A DNA stretch of 63,131 nt, the filler included, from an uncultured Myxococcia bacterium (GTDB lineage Bacteria; CAZTWC01): the NCBI GenBank assembly GCA_964617105.1. It is 3 parts of 3 records of this genome, joined end to end, with 100 filler letters (N's around TTAATTAATTAA, not from the genome) between each part and the next. Parts side by side here need not be neighbours in the genome. Positions count along the whole stretch, not along the records: positions 43,531 to 63,131 come from CAZTWC010000037.1; 2 more parts are not named here. One strand, written 5' to 3'. The position numbers were made by a program, and so were the translations under genes. Positions 47,610 to 57,804 of the stretch are shown here, piece after piece. Under the pieces are notes generated by a model, which made no database searches, was not told the DNA's origin, and saw only the letters and a program-made list of their open reading frames with translations. Position 1 is the first letter of the stretch, and each line of letters opens with the position of its first letter.

Positions 47610-50099
47610 ATGAAAACCTGTTTTTCGATTCAGGTATATATGAGAAAATATTATCTAACACTAACTATTATACTTTTTTTTATGCTAACCAGCATAGGCT
47701 GGGCTGGAAATCTTCGCCCTAATCTTGCCATTACTGCCCATGGAGAAGTCCCATCGGAAATAATTTCACCATCTGTCAACCTCAATCAATTACATAATCA
47801 GTTACAAGAGAACAAATCCCGGTTAGAACAATTACGCCTGAGCCAAAACCAGATAAACCGGAGACTTAAAGCTGCCGGATTAACCACGGCGAACGGCATT
47901 TATATGCTAAAAGTAAGGGGTGAGTTACCACCCCTGTGGCCTATAAAAAATCAGGTAAAACTGAACCAACAAAAGATGGCATCCCTACAGTTACTATTGC
48001 TAGACCTGGAGGAATCGGGAGTAAAAGGGGCCGGTCATCCACGTAAAAAACTGATAGAGCAATATAAACTCTATTTTGAAAAGTTAGCTGATCTGGCCGC
48101 CATTCAACAGTCAATTGTTTCAGAAAGTCAATTGCTACTTGGCCATATTAACCAAAATATACTGTGGATCCAAAGCACCGCCTGGCCACGATTTTCCGAT
48201 TTCAATAAAGTCAAAGCCGGGCTTTGGTGGATTTTAGGGCCAAAAGCTATACAGAAAATGGGTCATTACCTGGGTAGGCAACTGCTCTTATCTCCTTTTC
48301 TTTACTTGTTGTTGATATTTTATCTGGTTCTGGGTCTGTTTATAAAAAAAAGGATTTGGGTCAAGTTCGAGAGCCTCCTGCCCCATTTGTCCTGGTCACA
48401 TAAAGTGGCAGTTTTAGAAACCCTTTACGCCTTTTTTCTCTCTTTGCTGTTGGCTGCCTGGCGACCTTTTATTCTACTGTTTTTTGCCTGGATAATTGAG
48501 CACTCTTTGGCTGCTCCAGGCCAGGTAAGATCACTGGCTGCCGGATTAAAAGTCGGAGCATTGGTATTTTTCAGCCTGGATTGGGCAAAAATACTTTGGC
48601 AGGATAAAGGGATCATCGAAAGTATCTATCAAATAGATTTACCCCAACCGGTCGCTTTTGCCGAAAAAATAAAACAAATGGAATTTATCATGGTGCCTTT
48701 GGCCACCCTGACTGGCGCTATTCATTGGCAAAGCCAAAGCATCTATATCAATTCTATTGGTCGGCTGTTGTTCCTCCTGGGCATGCTGGCGCTGGCTATT
48801 TACGGCCACTGGCTACTAGTTGAGTTCAAGGGGGTCTTATCATATTTTGTCAATAAAAACCGCTGGTGGAATAAGAAATGGTATCTGATTTCCTGGGGAA
48901 TGGGAGTGATACTTCCTCTGTTTCTGGCAACTTTAGCCTTTGTAGGCTACTATCACACTGCCAGGGAACTGTTGTTTCTGCTCTTTCTTTCCATCTGGTT
49001 TGTAGGCTCCTTACTACTTTTATATGCCACCCTGGCCCATTGGCTGAATATTTACCGAAAAAAGGTTGAACAACAGCAGGAAAAGATATCTACTCTGGCC
49101 GCCTTTGACACCCAGTTGAAAAAATTAGTAAAAATTATTTTAATAATCAGCCTGGTGGCAGGATTAGCGTTTATTTGGAAAAATGTGTTGCCTGCCTTTA
49201 AAATTTTCAACCACGTGGTAATCTACAACTACCAAACTATAGAGCAGGAGAAAGGCATTCAGGGAGAAATGATTAAGGTAGCCAGGGATGTGCCTATAAC
49301 CCTGGCTCATCTGCTTTTGGCTGGACTACTCATTTTTTTGACTTTTTTTATGGCAAAAAATTTACCTCCTTTACTGGAGGGCACCTTGCTTCAGTTGGTG
49401 CCACTGGATCACGGTGGGCGCTATGCCCTGTGTTCGGTGTTTCGGTACACCATTATTATTGTTGGCATTGTGAGCACTCTGACCACGGTGGGAATAGCCT
49501 GGGAAGATATCCACTGGCTGGTAGCCGCTGTTTCTGTGGGGTTAGGTTTCGGCCTGCAGGAAATTTTCGCCAATTTTATTTCCGGCCTCATCATCTTTAT
49601 TGAGCGGCCAATCAGGGTGGGTGACACAGTGACCATTGGTAATATAAGCGGCACTGTAACCAGAATTCGTATTCGCGCCACTACTATCCGCGACTGGGAC
49701 CGGAAAGAATTAATCGTGCCCAACAAGGAGTTTATCACCGGCCAGTTGATCAACTGGAGTCTATCGGACACGGTTTTGCGACTGGAGATAAAGGTGGGAA
49801 TAGCCTACGGTTCCGACACCAAGCTGGCCCGAAAACTATTATTGGAGATTGCCCAACAACATAGGTTGATACTTTCCGACCCAGAACCCCAGGCTTTCTT
49901 TATGAGTTTTGGAGATAATACTCTCGATTTTTCTATGCGGGTTTATATTAATGATATAGATAACCTGCTGCAAGTAAGACACGAACTACATGAAGAGATT
50001 GATCGGCTTTTCCGGGATGCCAACATAGAGATCGCTTTTCCCCAGCGCGATCTCCATATCCGAACTTGCCAGACCCCTTTGCCTGTCAAAATTAATTGA
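47610..50099 (+). CDS. Large mechanosensitive channel (MscS/MscK-like)
   Basis: VGLGFGLQEIFANFISG, ERPIRVGD, IVPNKEFITG and IAFPQRDLH motifs. Confidence 0.92.
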   Translation: MKTCFSIQVYMRKYYLTLTIILFFMLTSIGWAGNLRPNLAITAHGEVPSEIISPSVNLNQLHNQLQENKSRLEQLRLSQNQINRRLKAAGLTTANGIYMLKVRGELPPLWPIKNQVKLNQQKMASLQLLLLDLEESGVKGAGHPRKKLIEQYKLYFEKLADLAAIQQSIVSESQLLLGHINQNILWIQSTAWPRFSDFNKVKAGLWWILGPKAIQKMGHYLGRQLLLSPFLYLLLIFYLVLGLFIKKRIWVKFESLLPHLSWSHKVAVLETLYAFFLSLLLAAWRPFILLFFAWIIEHSLAAPGQVRSLAAGLKVGALVFFSLDWAKILWQDKGIIESIYQIDLPQPVAFAEKIKQMEFIMVPLATLTGAIHWQSQSIYINSIGRLLFLLGMLALAIYGHWLLVEFKGVLSYFVNKNRWWNKKWYLISWGMGVILPLFLATLAFVGYYHTARELLFLLFLSIWFVGSLLLLYATLAHWLNIYRKKVEQQQEKISTLAAFDTQLKKLVKIILIISLVAGLAFIWKNVLPAFKIFNHVVIYNYQTIEQEKGIQGEMIKVARDVPITLAHLLLAGLLIFLTFFMAKNLPPLLEGTLLQLVPLDHGGRYALCSVFRYTIIIVGIVSTLTTVGIAWEDIHWLVAAVSVGLGFGLQEIFANFISGLIIFIERPIRVGDTVTIGNISGTVTRIRIRATTIRDWDRKELIVPNKEFITGQLINWSLSDTVLRLEIKVGIAYGSDTKLARKLLLEIAQQHRLILSDPEPQAFFMSFGDNTLDFSMRVYINDIDNLLQVRHELHEEIDRLFRDANIEIAFPQRDLHIRTCQTPLPVKIN

Positions 50100-50132
50100 A
50101 CTTGTACCTGATTGTGCTATAGTAATATAGAT

Positions 50133-53100
50133 ATGAAACTCTCTTTAAAAGCCAAAATGATTCTGGCAATTTCCAGCCTGGTGGTATTGATCTCCCTATT
50201 CCAGGTGATATATTTTCCTCAACATGGAAAAAATATCGCTCTGCAGGGTTTTTACAGATCGGTTAAGGACCTGACGGAACTTATCGCCTTTGGGGTCGGA
50301 ATGGGTCTGGAGTTTGAACAAAAACAGGCTTGCCGTGACGCTTTTGCCGGAGCCTCCAAAAACAAACAATTGCGTTACATCTTGGTTATAGACGATCAAG
50401 AAGAGATATTTGTCTCCTTTCAGAAAGAGAAAGCCGATCTTGAACCTCCCTATAAGATGGTCAAAAAGCCTGTTTTATGGGAGCGGAAAAACCTGCTCAA
50501 TATATCGGTACCGGTATGGTCCAATGAGAAAATAATCGGCACCATAATAGCGGGTTTCTCTCTTACTGAAATAAAAGATCAGGCACAACGCGACTTGTGG
50601 CGAGCCATTCTAATGAGTTTACTGGTTTTAGTCCTGGGATTGGTTTTTGCCAATTATCTGGGGCGGAGGATATCTTCCCCAATTCTGGAGGTGACCAATG
50701 CCGCCCATGCCATTGCCTCTGATGATTTGCAACACCACAAACTGAGCATCAACTCCCAGGACGAAATCGGTTCTATGGCCCTCTCCTTTAATAAGATGCA
50801 AGACAACCTGATAAACCTTTACCAACAGGCCCAAATTATCGCCCTGGGAGATCTGTCCAGCCCCAAATTATTCTCCGAGTCCAGCGGCGATTTGGGCTCT
50901 ACTTTTGCCAGGATGGTGGCCTCTCTGAAAAACTTAGCCCTTCAGGCCGATGCCATTGAGCGAGGGGATTTCAATGCCCAAATTTTGGCAGAAAAAACCG
51001 AAGGTGACCTGGGTAAATCTTTTGCCAGGATGATCGCCAGTTTACAAAAATTGGCCCTTCAGGCCGATGCCATTGAGCGGGGGGACTTCAATGCCCAAAT
51101 TTTGACAGAAAAGATCGAGGGCAACCTGGGTGAATCTTTCAGTAAAATGGTAATAAGTTTAAAAAAGATGGCCCGACAGGCCAATATTATCCAGCGCGGC
51201 GACTTCCAAAATCCTCTGCTGAAGGAGATAGTAATTGGTGAACTGGGCCAAGTGCTCCATAATCTGGCCACTTCGCTCAACGAGGCTACCGAGGATAACC
51301 TGCGGCACAATTGGCTAATAACCGGTCAAATTCAACTTAACGAGCAGATGCGCGGGGATTTGAACCTGGATATTTTTGCCGAGCGAGTGATCACTTTTTT
51401 GTCACAATACTTGGAGGCTCAAATTGGTGCTTTTTACCTGCTGGTAAATGATTACCTCAGGTTGGCCGGCAATTACGCCGGCAATAAAAAAGTAAGTCTT
51501 AACCAGCGGATTACTCTAGGCGATGGTTTGGTTGGACAGGCTGCTCTGGAACAAAAAATGATCACCGCCTCCGATCTGCCAGAAGATTACCTACAAATAA
51601 CCTCTGGTATTGGAGAGGCATCTCCCCGCTACCTGGTGGTATTTCCGGTCACCTATGAAAATCAAATAACCGGAGTGATAGAGTTGGGCTTTTTCCAACC
51701 TATAGAATATGCCAAAATAGAACTTTTAAACCTGGTGATGGAGAATATTACGGTATGCGCCAGGTCTACCCAGGCCCGCATTAAAACAGTGGATCTTTTA
51801 GAAGAAACCCAACGTCAAACCGAGGAATTGCAGACTTCCAACGATCAGTTGGCAGAAAAGAGCCGGCAATTGACTCTCCGCAAGCAAGAAGCGGACGCTA
51901 AGAACCTGGAGTTGGAGAGGGCCAGGAAAGATTTGGAAAATACCGCAATTAAGCTAGAGCAAGCCAACAAATACAAGTCAGAATTTTTGGCCAACATGTC
52001 TCACGAATTGCGTACTCCTTTAAACAGTATGTTGCTGATTACATACAATATGGCCAAAAACATGGAAGGTAACCTCACCAAACGGCAACTTGAATGGGTC
52101 AACATTATCCAGAGCAGTGGCAATGACCTGCTGAACCTGATTAACGAGATACTCGATCTAGCCAGGATAGAAGCAGGGAAAATGGTAATTAATTTCCATA
52201 GTGTATCAATATCTCAACTGATGAAGAGTTTGACCAATACCTTTAAACTCACTGCTCAGCAAAAAAATGTGCAGTTTATAACCAATATTCATCCTGACAT
52301 ACCTACCGACATTATCACCGACCGCAAAAGGCTTGAACAAATACTTATAAACCTGCTGGCCAACGCCTTTAAATTTACTCAGCAGGGCCAAGTGAAAATC
52401 GATCTTAGCCCCCTGCCAAAAGAGGTCAAGTTTTTCCGCAAGGATCTATCCTGGAAAAATATCATGTCCATCTCCATCTCCGACACCGGCATTGGCATTC
52501 CAACTGATAAGAGAGATTTGATTTTTAAAGCCTTTCAACAGGTGGAAGAGGGGACGTCTAAGCGATACGGCGGGACTGGACTCGGGTTATCCATCTCCAA
52601 AGAGTTGTCAGAACTTCTGGGCGGTGAAATCCACCTGGAAAGTCAGGAGGGTGAAGGTAGCATTTTTACGATATATTTGCCCTTTAAACCAACAAAAATG
52701 CCGGATAAGCCTGAAGATGATTTACAAAAAATCAAAATGATAACTAAAATTGAAGACCAACAGGCTGAGATTCCAAAGGCAGAACATACATTTAATGGGA
52801 ACCATCAATTGAAAAACCACGATATAAATGGCGACCAAAAAAGGATCCTGGTGATAGAAAAAAATATTGAACTGGCCAGGTGGCTGGGCGAAAAATGCCA
52901 GGAAAGGGGATACAAATACCTGGAAGCCTCTACCGGGGAAGAGGGGATAATGCTAACCAGCCGTTATGAACTGGCAGGCGTGATAATTGATTTACATCTT
53001 CCCGGTATGAACGGCCAGGCGGTTTTGGGCAACTTGAAGGAGGATGTTAAAACCCGCCATATTCCGGTTTATCTGATCTCTGAGCAGGAATTGGACAAAG

Positions 53101-54029
53101 AGAAGGAGGAGAAAGAGCGGCTGTTATCTCTTCAAAATGGAGCCCTGGGCTTTGCCAGCGGACCATGGCAGGAAGCCAAAATCGATGATTTACTGGATCA
53201 AATAGTAAAATCTATCTCCCAGAAGTCCAACCAGGTGCTGCTGGTAGAAGATAATCGCAATCTGCGAAGAGCCATTGTAGAGGTAATCAGCATGGAGGGG
53301 ATAGTGATCAAGGAGGTGGATAGTGGAGAAAAAGCCTTAGAAAATATTCGGCAGGAGCCCTTTGACTGTATTATTCTTGATTTGGGACTTCCCGATATTA
53401 GCGGCTTGGAACTTCTGCGTCGTCTGGAAAAAGAGGAAAATCTTTTTGTTCCGCCTATCGTGGTTTATACAGGCAGAGACCTGAGCAGGAAAGATGAGAT
53501 GGAGTTGCGTCATTTTTCCGATTCCATTATTATCAAGGGCGTCAAATCTCAGAAACGGCTGTTGGATGAAGTGAGCAAGTTTCTGCACCTTAAAGTGGAC
53601 AGGATGCCTGATAACCAGCAACGAATTATCACTCAATTGCATAACGAATACAGAGAACTGGTGGACACAAAAGTACTGTTGGTGGATGATGATATGCGTA
53701 ACCTGATTATTCTTTCCAACTTGTTGCAGGATAGTGGAATAAAAGTATTTGAAGTAGCCGATGGACAGCAGGGATTGGACACTTTAGACAGGGAAGAAAT
53801 AGACCTGATGATTGTTGACATTATGATGCCGATTATGGACGGTTATCAGGTAATCACCAAAGTAAGAGAACAGAAACGGTTTAAGAATTTGCCCATTATC
53901 GCCCTCACCGCCAAAGCTATGGATGAGGACAGGGAAAAATGTCTTCAGGCTGGCGCCAATGAATATCTGGCAAAGCCAGTGGACATGGAGAAACTATTCG
54001 CTATTATGCGGAGATTGACAAATGGATGA
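50133..54029 (+). CDS. Membrane hybrid histidine kinase (TM-poly-HAMP-GAF-HisKA-HATPase-3xREC)
   Basis: Two TM helices, HAMP repeats, GEG/GDGLVGQAA GAF, FLANMSHELRTPLN and GGTGLGL motifs; three receivers. Confidence 0.92.
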   Translation: MKLSLKAKMILAISSLVVLISLFQVIYFPQHGKNIALQGFYRSVKDLTELIAFGVGMGLEFEQKQACRDAFAGASKNKQLRYILVIDDQEEIFVSFQKEKADLEPPYKMVKKPVLWERKNLLNISVPVWSNEKIIGTIIAGFSLTEIKDQAQRDLWRAILMSLLVLVLGLVFANYLGRRISSPILEVTNAAHAIASDDLQHHKLSINSQDEIGSMALSFNKMQDNLINLYQQAQIIALGDLSSPKLFSESSGDLGSTFARMVASLKNLALQADAIERGDFNAQILAEKTEGDLGKSFARMIASLQKLALQADAIERGDFNAQILTEKIEGNLGESFSKMVISLKKMARQANIIQRGDFQNPLLKEIVIGELGQVLHNLATSLNEATEDNLRHNWLITGQIQLNEQMRGDLNLDIFAERVITFLSQYLEAQIGAFYLLVNDYLRLAGNYAGNKKVSLNQRITLGDGLVGQAALEQKMITASDLPEDYLQITSGIGEASPRYLVVFPVTYENQITGVIELGFFQPIEYAKIELLNLVMENITVCARSTQARIKTVDLLEETQRQTEELQTSNDQLAEKSRQLTLRKQEADAKNLELERARKDLENTAIKLEQANKYKSEFLANMSHELRTPLNSMLLITYNMAKNMEGNLTKRQLEWVNIIQSSGNDLLNLINEILDLARIEAGKMVINFHSVSISQLMKSLTNTFKLTAQQKNVQFITNIHPDIPTDIITDRKRLEQILINLLANAFKFTQQGQVKIDLSPLPKEVKFFRKDLSWKNIMSISISDTGIGIPTDKRDLIFKAFQQVEEGTSKRYGGTGLGLSISKELSELLGGEIHLESQEGEGSIFTIYLPFKPTKMPDKPEDDLQKIKMITKIEDQQAEIPKAEHTFNGNHQLKNHDINGDQKRILVIEKNIELARWLGEKCQERGYKYLEASTGEEGIMLTSRYELAGVIIDLHLPGMNGQAVLGNLKEDVKTRHIPVYLISEQELDKEKEEKERLLSLQNGALGFASGPWQEAKIDDLLDQIVKSISQKSNQVLLVEDNRNLRRAIVEVISMEGIVIKEVDSGEKALENIRQEPFDCIILDLGLPDISGLELLRRLEKEENLFVPPIVVYTGRDLSRKDEMELRHFSDSIIIKGVKSQKRLLDEVSKFLHLKVDRMPDNQQRIITQLHNEYRELVDTKVLLVDDDMRNLIILSNLLQDSGIKVFEVADGQQGLDTLDREEIDLMIVDIMMPIMDGYQVITKVREQKRFKNLPIIALTAKAMDEDREKCLQAGANEYLAKPVDMEKLFAIMRRLTNG

Positions 54030-55377
54030 AAAAAACAAAAATCTTGTGTCAAAAATCTTACTGGTGGATGACAAAAAGAGCAACTTAACTGCTCTGGATA
54101 GTTTGTTGAGTAGAGAGTTAGAGTATGCCAAATTATTTTTCGCCCAGAGTGGCAATGAAGCGCTTAAACTTACTCTACAAAATCGTTTCTCCTTGATATT
54201 GCTGGATGTTCAGATGCCGGTGATGGATGGATACGAAGTGGCGGAATACTTACGCTACAAAACTAAAACTAAACATATCCCAATAGTCTTTCTCACCGCT
54301 GCTTATGCTGATGAGTTTCACATTTTCAAGGGATATGAATTGGGGGCTCTAGACTATATTGTCAAGCCTTTTAACCCGATAATTTTACTTAACAAGGTGC
54401 GTATTTTTATCCAACTGGACAGACAAAGAATGCGGTTAGAGCAAGAGATAATTGTGCGTCATAATGCTGAACAATCTTTATGCCAGGCTAATGAGCAATT
54501 AGAGGAGCGGGTAAAAGAAAGAACCGTGGAATTGGAGGATACCAACTTAAAACTTCAAACTGAAATAAAGGAACGTGAACTTACCCAATCTCAATTGAAA
54601 GACGCTTATGACAATTTAAGTCAGACACATAATACTTTGAAGGATACTCAAGCCCAACTGATCCAGGCTGGAAAAATGGCTGCCCTGGGAGAACTTGGCG
54701 CTGGCATCGCCCACGAACTAAACCAACCTCTGACTGCTATCGTGGGATTTTCCAAACTGATGTTAAATACCGATGACCAAAAATCCAAAACCACCAAACT
54801 TTTAAACATAATCTACCAGCAGGGGCTTCGTATGGCTGACATTATCGACAAGATTGTGGCCTTTTCCCGCCCCCAAAAAATGGCTATCACTTCTATGGAT
54901 ATCCGCACGGTTATCAACGATTGCCTGGCCTTGTTGGAGGCTCAGTTAAAAAACAGGAATATTGAACATCCCCTTGATTTTCCCAAAAATTTCCCCCTGG
55001 TAATGGGAGTTCCCAATCATTTGCAGCAAATATTTCTAAACTTGATAAACAATGCCAGAGACGCTGTCTGCAGCCACTGGCACCAAAAAATTGGTGGCAA
55101 AATCGTCGTCAAGGGAAGAATCAAAGATGATGATGTGGCCGAAATTATAATTAGCGATAATGGTCTGGATATCCCCGATGATAATGTTGACAAACTCTTT
55201 GACCCATTTTTTACCACCAAAGGGCCTGACAAGGGTACTGGATTGGGGCTGTCTATCTCTTACCGAATTCTACAAGAGATGAATGGCGACCTGTTTTTCC
55301 GCCGTGGTGTGGATAATGAAAAGCAGTTCGTGGTGCAGTTACCAATCCAAACCCAGCAGGGCGCGCTACCACTCTAA
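54022..55377 (+). CDS. Response regulator receiver-histidine kinase (NtrB-like)
   Basis: LLDVQMP, AGIAHELNQP, NARDA and PFFTTK..GTGLGL motifs. Confidence 0.92.
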   Translation: MDEKNKNLVSKILLVDDKKSNLTALDSLLSRELEYAKLFFAQSGNEALKLTLQNRFSLILLDVQMPVMDGYEVAEYLRYKTKTKHIPIVFLTAAYADEFHIFKGYELGALDYIVKPFNPIILLNKVRIFIQLDRQRMRLEQEIIVRHNAEQSLCQANEQLEERVKERTVELEDTNLKLQTEIKERELTQSQLKDAYDNLSQTHNTLKDTQAQLIQAGKMAALGELGAGIAHELNQPLTAIVGFSKLMLNTDDQKSKTTKLLNIIYQQGLRMADIIDKIVAFSRPQKMAITSMDIRTVINDCLALLEAQLKNRNIEHPLDFPKNFPLVMGVPNHLQQIFLNLINNARDAVCSHWHQKIGGKIVVKGRIKDDDVAEIIISDNGLDIPDDNVDKLFDPFFTTKGPDKGTGLGLSISYRILQEMNGDLFFRRGVDNEKQFVVQLPIQTQQGALPL

Positions 55378-55808
55378 CCCGCCATTAGATTGCTGGAGGC
55401 TTTGGCCAACAAATTGCCATGTCTATCGGTAACAGCCACTTCAACCAGACAAAGATTTTTGCCCCGGTCAATCAGTTTACCAACCCCGTAAATTTCATCG
55501 ACCTTTGCAGCCCGCAGAAAATTGATTTTTGTTTCAATTATAGAAAGAGAACTCGGTAAAGGAAAAAGAGGAATAACTGCCGAGGCGGTAGCCACTTCAA
55601 CCAGAGCACTAATACCGCCGGCAGCAACTTTCTGACCCAACAGTTGTGAGTTATGAGAAGTAACAAGCCGGCAGTAGGACTCACCCGGTAAAAGTTCGTT
55701 GATGCTTATTCCCAGAGAACGGGCATAAGGGGATTCGTTAACCTCCTGTCGAAACTGATTTAGCTCGGATTGGGAAATTCTAAAATAGAGTTCGCTTTCT
55801 TCTTCCAT
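55374..55808 (-). CDS. PaaI/hotdog-fold thioesterase (degenerate HGG motif)
   Basis: SPYARSLGI, AAGGISALVE and ETKINFLRA motifs. Confidence 0.75.
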   Translation of the reverse strand: MEEESELYFRISQSELNQFRQEVNESPYARSLGISINELLPGESYCRLVTSHNSQLLGQKVAAGGISALVEVATASAVIPLFPLPSSLSIIETKINFLRAAKVDEIYGVGKLIDRGKNLCLVEVAVTDRHGNLLAKASSNLMAG

Positions 55809-55865
55809 TAGTTGTCTGCCAATAAGAAGGCTAAAAATGCCGGGTTATATGGATGGAAAGTTTGT

Positions 55866-56504
55866 TCACCGAAAAAACGGGTTGTAACTCTTTTCCCGTC
55901 CCACATCAGTATAGGGACCGTGTCCGGGAAAAAGGCGGTAATCCTCGGGCAGGGAAAATATCTGAGTTTTGATAGAGTTGATCAATTGGCTGTGTGAGCA
56001 GCCGGGGAAATCGGTCCGGCCAATAGAACCTTGAAAAATGGAGTCACCCACAAAAACCATTTTTTGCGCCTCCTCCTTCAGACAGATACCGCCTGGTGAA
56101 TGGCCCGGAGTATGCATAACCTGTAGAGTTATCTCCCCCACTTTTATCTGGTCTCCATGTTCCAGCATTTGATCTGGTGCAGGTGAATTTTTTACCGTAA
56201 GGCCAAACATTAAGGCTGCCTTGGTTAAATGCCCCAGGTGGTCACTGTCCAGAGAATGCACCAACAACCGGGCGCCGGTGGCATCCTTCAGATCCCGGTT
56301 ACCGCCACAATGATCAAAATGACTATGGGTATTGATTATGGTGGATAACTGCAATTGATACTGATTGAGCAGAGCGAGAATTTTATCAACATGACCGCCT
56401 GGGTCAATAACCAACGCCTCTTTGGTGGTTTTATCGCCCAGAAGATAACAGTTTACCGCCAGAGGACCCGTTTCCAAATGCTTAAAAATTATTGAATTTT
56501 CCAT
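55866..56504 (-). CDS. MBL-fold metallo-hydrolase (glyoxalase II-like, YcbL/GloC)
   Basis: THSHFDH, HTPGHSPG, GD..F.GSIGRTD and PGHG motifs. Confidence 0.92.
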   Translation of the reverse strand: MENSIIFKHLETGPLAVNCYLLGDKTTKEALVIDPGGHVDKILALLNQYQLQLSTIINTHSHFDHCGGNRDLKDATGARLLVHSLDSDHLGHLTKAALMFGLTVKNSPAPDQMLEHGDQIKVGEITLQVMHTPGHSPGGICLKEEAQKMVFVGDSIFQGSIGRTDFPGCSHSQLINSIKTQIFSLPEDYRLFPGHGPYTDVGREKSYNPFFR

Positions 56505-56521
56505 TTAACCTATACCAGTTA

Positions 56522-57802
56522 TTAATATCTATACGCAATACCAATCCCGCTCCCGTTGTGAGCCAAATATGGCGTCAGGGAAGAGTTGGACGATTCAGCC
56601 GTGGGCTCACTCTTTTCCAGGATAGCGTCAAAGGTAAAAAACAGTACTGAAATAATAGCGCTGCCGGCAGCGCCAACCATCAAGGCATTGGTAGTCAGCA
56701 CTCTGGTTTCAGTTTCCTGACGAAAATTTTTGGCATCTAACTTGGTCGTAGCGGCATCGTATTTATCGTGAGATTCTTTGGCCAAATACCCGAAAGCACC
56801 GCTGCCGGCTCCGGCGGCCACGCCGATCCCCAGAGCAACCCAACCCCAGGTATCCAGTGAATACTTACTGACGCCAGAAATCTTCAACGCTTTTAAGGGG
56901 ATTAGTTTTACATCTACCAGCAACTCCTCGCTTACCCTTAGGTTCACGCCCCCTTTCCAGGTGATATATCCATCTTTGCGCACCAGCAGATCATGTTTAC
57001 CAGCCTTGATGATCATCGCCTTGTCAAAGGGACTTTTACCTTTCAAATTTCCATCAACCAGAACTTCCGCCCCAGCCTGATTTACTTTTAAAATAAGAGC
57101 ACCAGTGGTGGCCCGAGTTTTGCCGGTTATAATCATATAGGCCAAGTCACGAGCCATCTCTATTAGAACCTCTTCACCACCGCGCACATTTTTGCTCTCT
57201 CGCCTCTCCACAGACGCCCGCTTAATGTTTATCAATTTTAACTGCAATACATATTCGACGCCCATTTTACCCAGAGAACCGGCTATAATCCGATCTGCGC
57301 CCAAAGCCCCACCCAGATCAGCCAGGCAGGAATCATCCTGGCAACCCAGCATCTGTTTTTGCTGTTCGTGCTCCAGCATAGATTTGATATCATCACTGCT
57401 GATCACCTCAAATTGTTTCAATTTGTTAATCTGGTTTACAATTATCCCGGTAACTGTGGCGGCTAATTCCGGTTTTACCCCCCGATTTTTCAAATCGGGT
57501 ATAGCCACTTTCATTTTTTTCTCTTTTGGCTTGGCCTTTTTAGCAGGCTTGGCTTCCGGCTTTTTTTCGAGTGCTGGTTTTGCCAAGGGCGCTGGTTGCT
57601 CTTTTACCGCCTTTTTTTCTTTGGTAGTTGGCTGAGTCTGAGGGGCTGGCTGCTCTTTAACAGATGGCGGTTCCGGCGTTGCAGGCTGCTCAGGAGTAGT
57701 GGTCTGCGGTTGTTCCGGCTGTTTCTGATCTGCCTGAGCCAAAGCGCAAAAGAAAGAAAGAGACATAAAAATGACCAATAAAATATATATTTTCTTTATC
57801 AT
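56522..57802 (-). CDS. Exported protein with Pro/Lys-rich linker, TolB-N/CsgG-like domain and PEGA domain
   Basis: Signal peptide; GC.DDSCLA.LGGALGAD and GAEVLVDG..KG.SP motifs; C-terminal glycine-rich hydrophobic helices. Confidence 0.75.
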   Translation of the reverse strand: MIKKIYILLVIFMSLSFFCALAQADQKQPEQPQTTTPEQPATPEPPSVKEQPAPQTQPTTKEKKAVKEQPAPLAKPALEKKPEAKPAKKAKPKEKKMKVAIPDLKNRGVKPELAATVTGIIVNQINKLKQFEVISSDDIKSMLEHEQQKQMLGCQDDSCLADLGGALGADRIIAGSLGKMGVEYVLQLKLINIKRASVERRESKNVRGGEEVLIEMARDLAYMIITGKTRATTGALILKVNQAGAEVLVDGNLKGKSPFDKAMIIKAGKHDLLVRKDGYITWKGGVNLRVSEELLVDVKLIPLKALKISGVSKYSLDTWGWVALGIGVAAGAGSGAFGYLAKESHDKYDAATTKLDAKNFRQETETRVLTTNALMVGAAGSAIISVLFFTFDAILEKSEPTAESSNSSLTPYLAHNGSGIGIAYRY

Positions 57803-57804
57803 TT

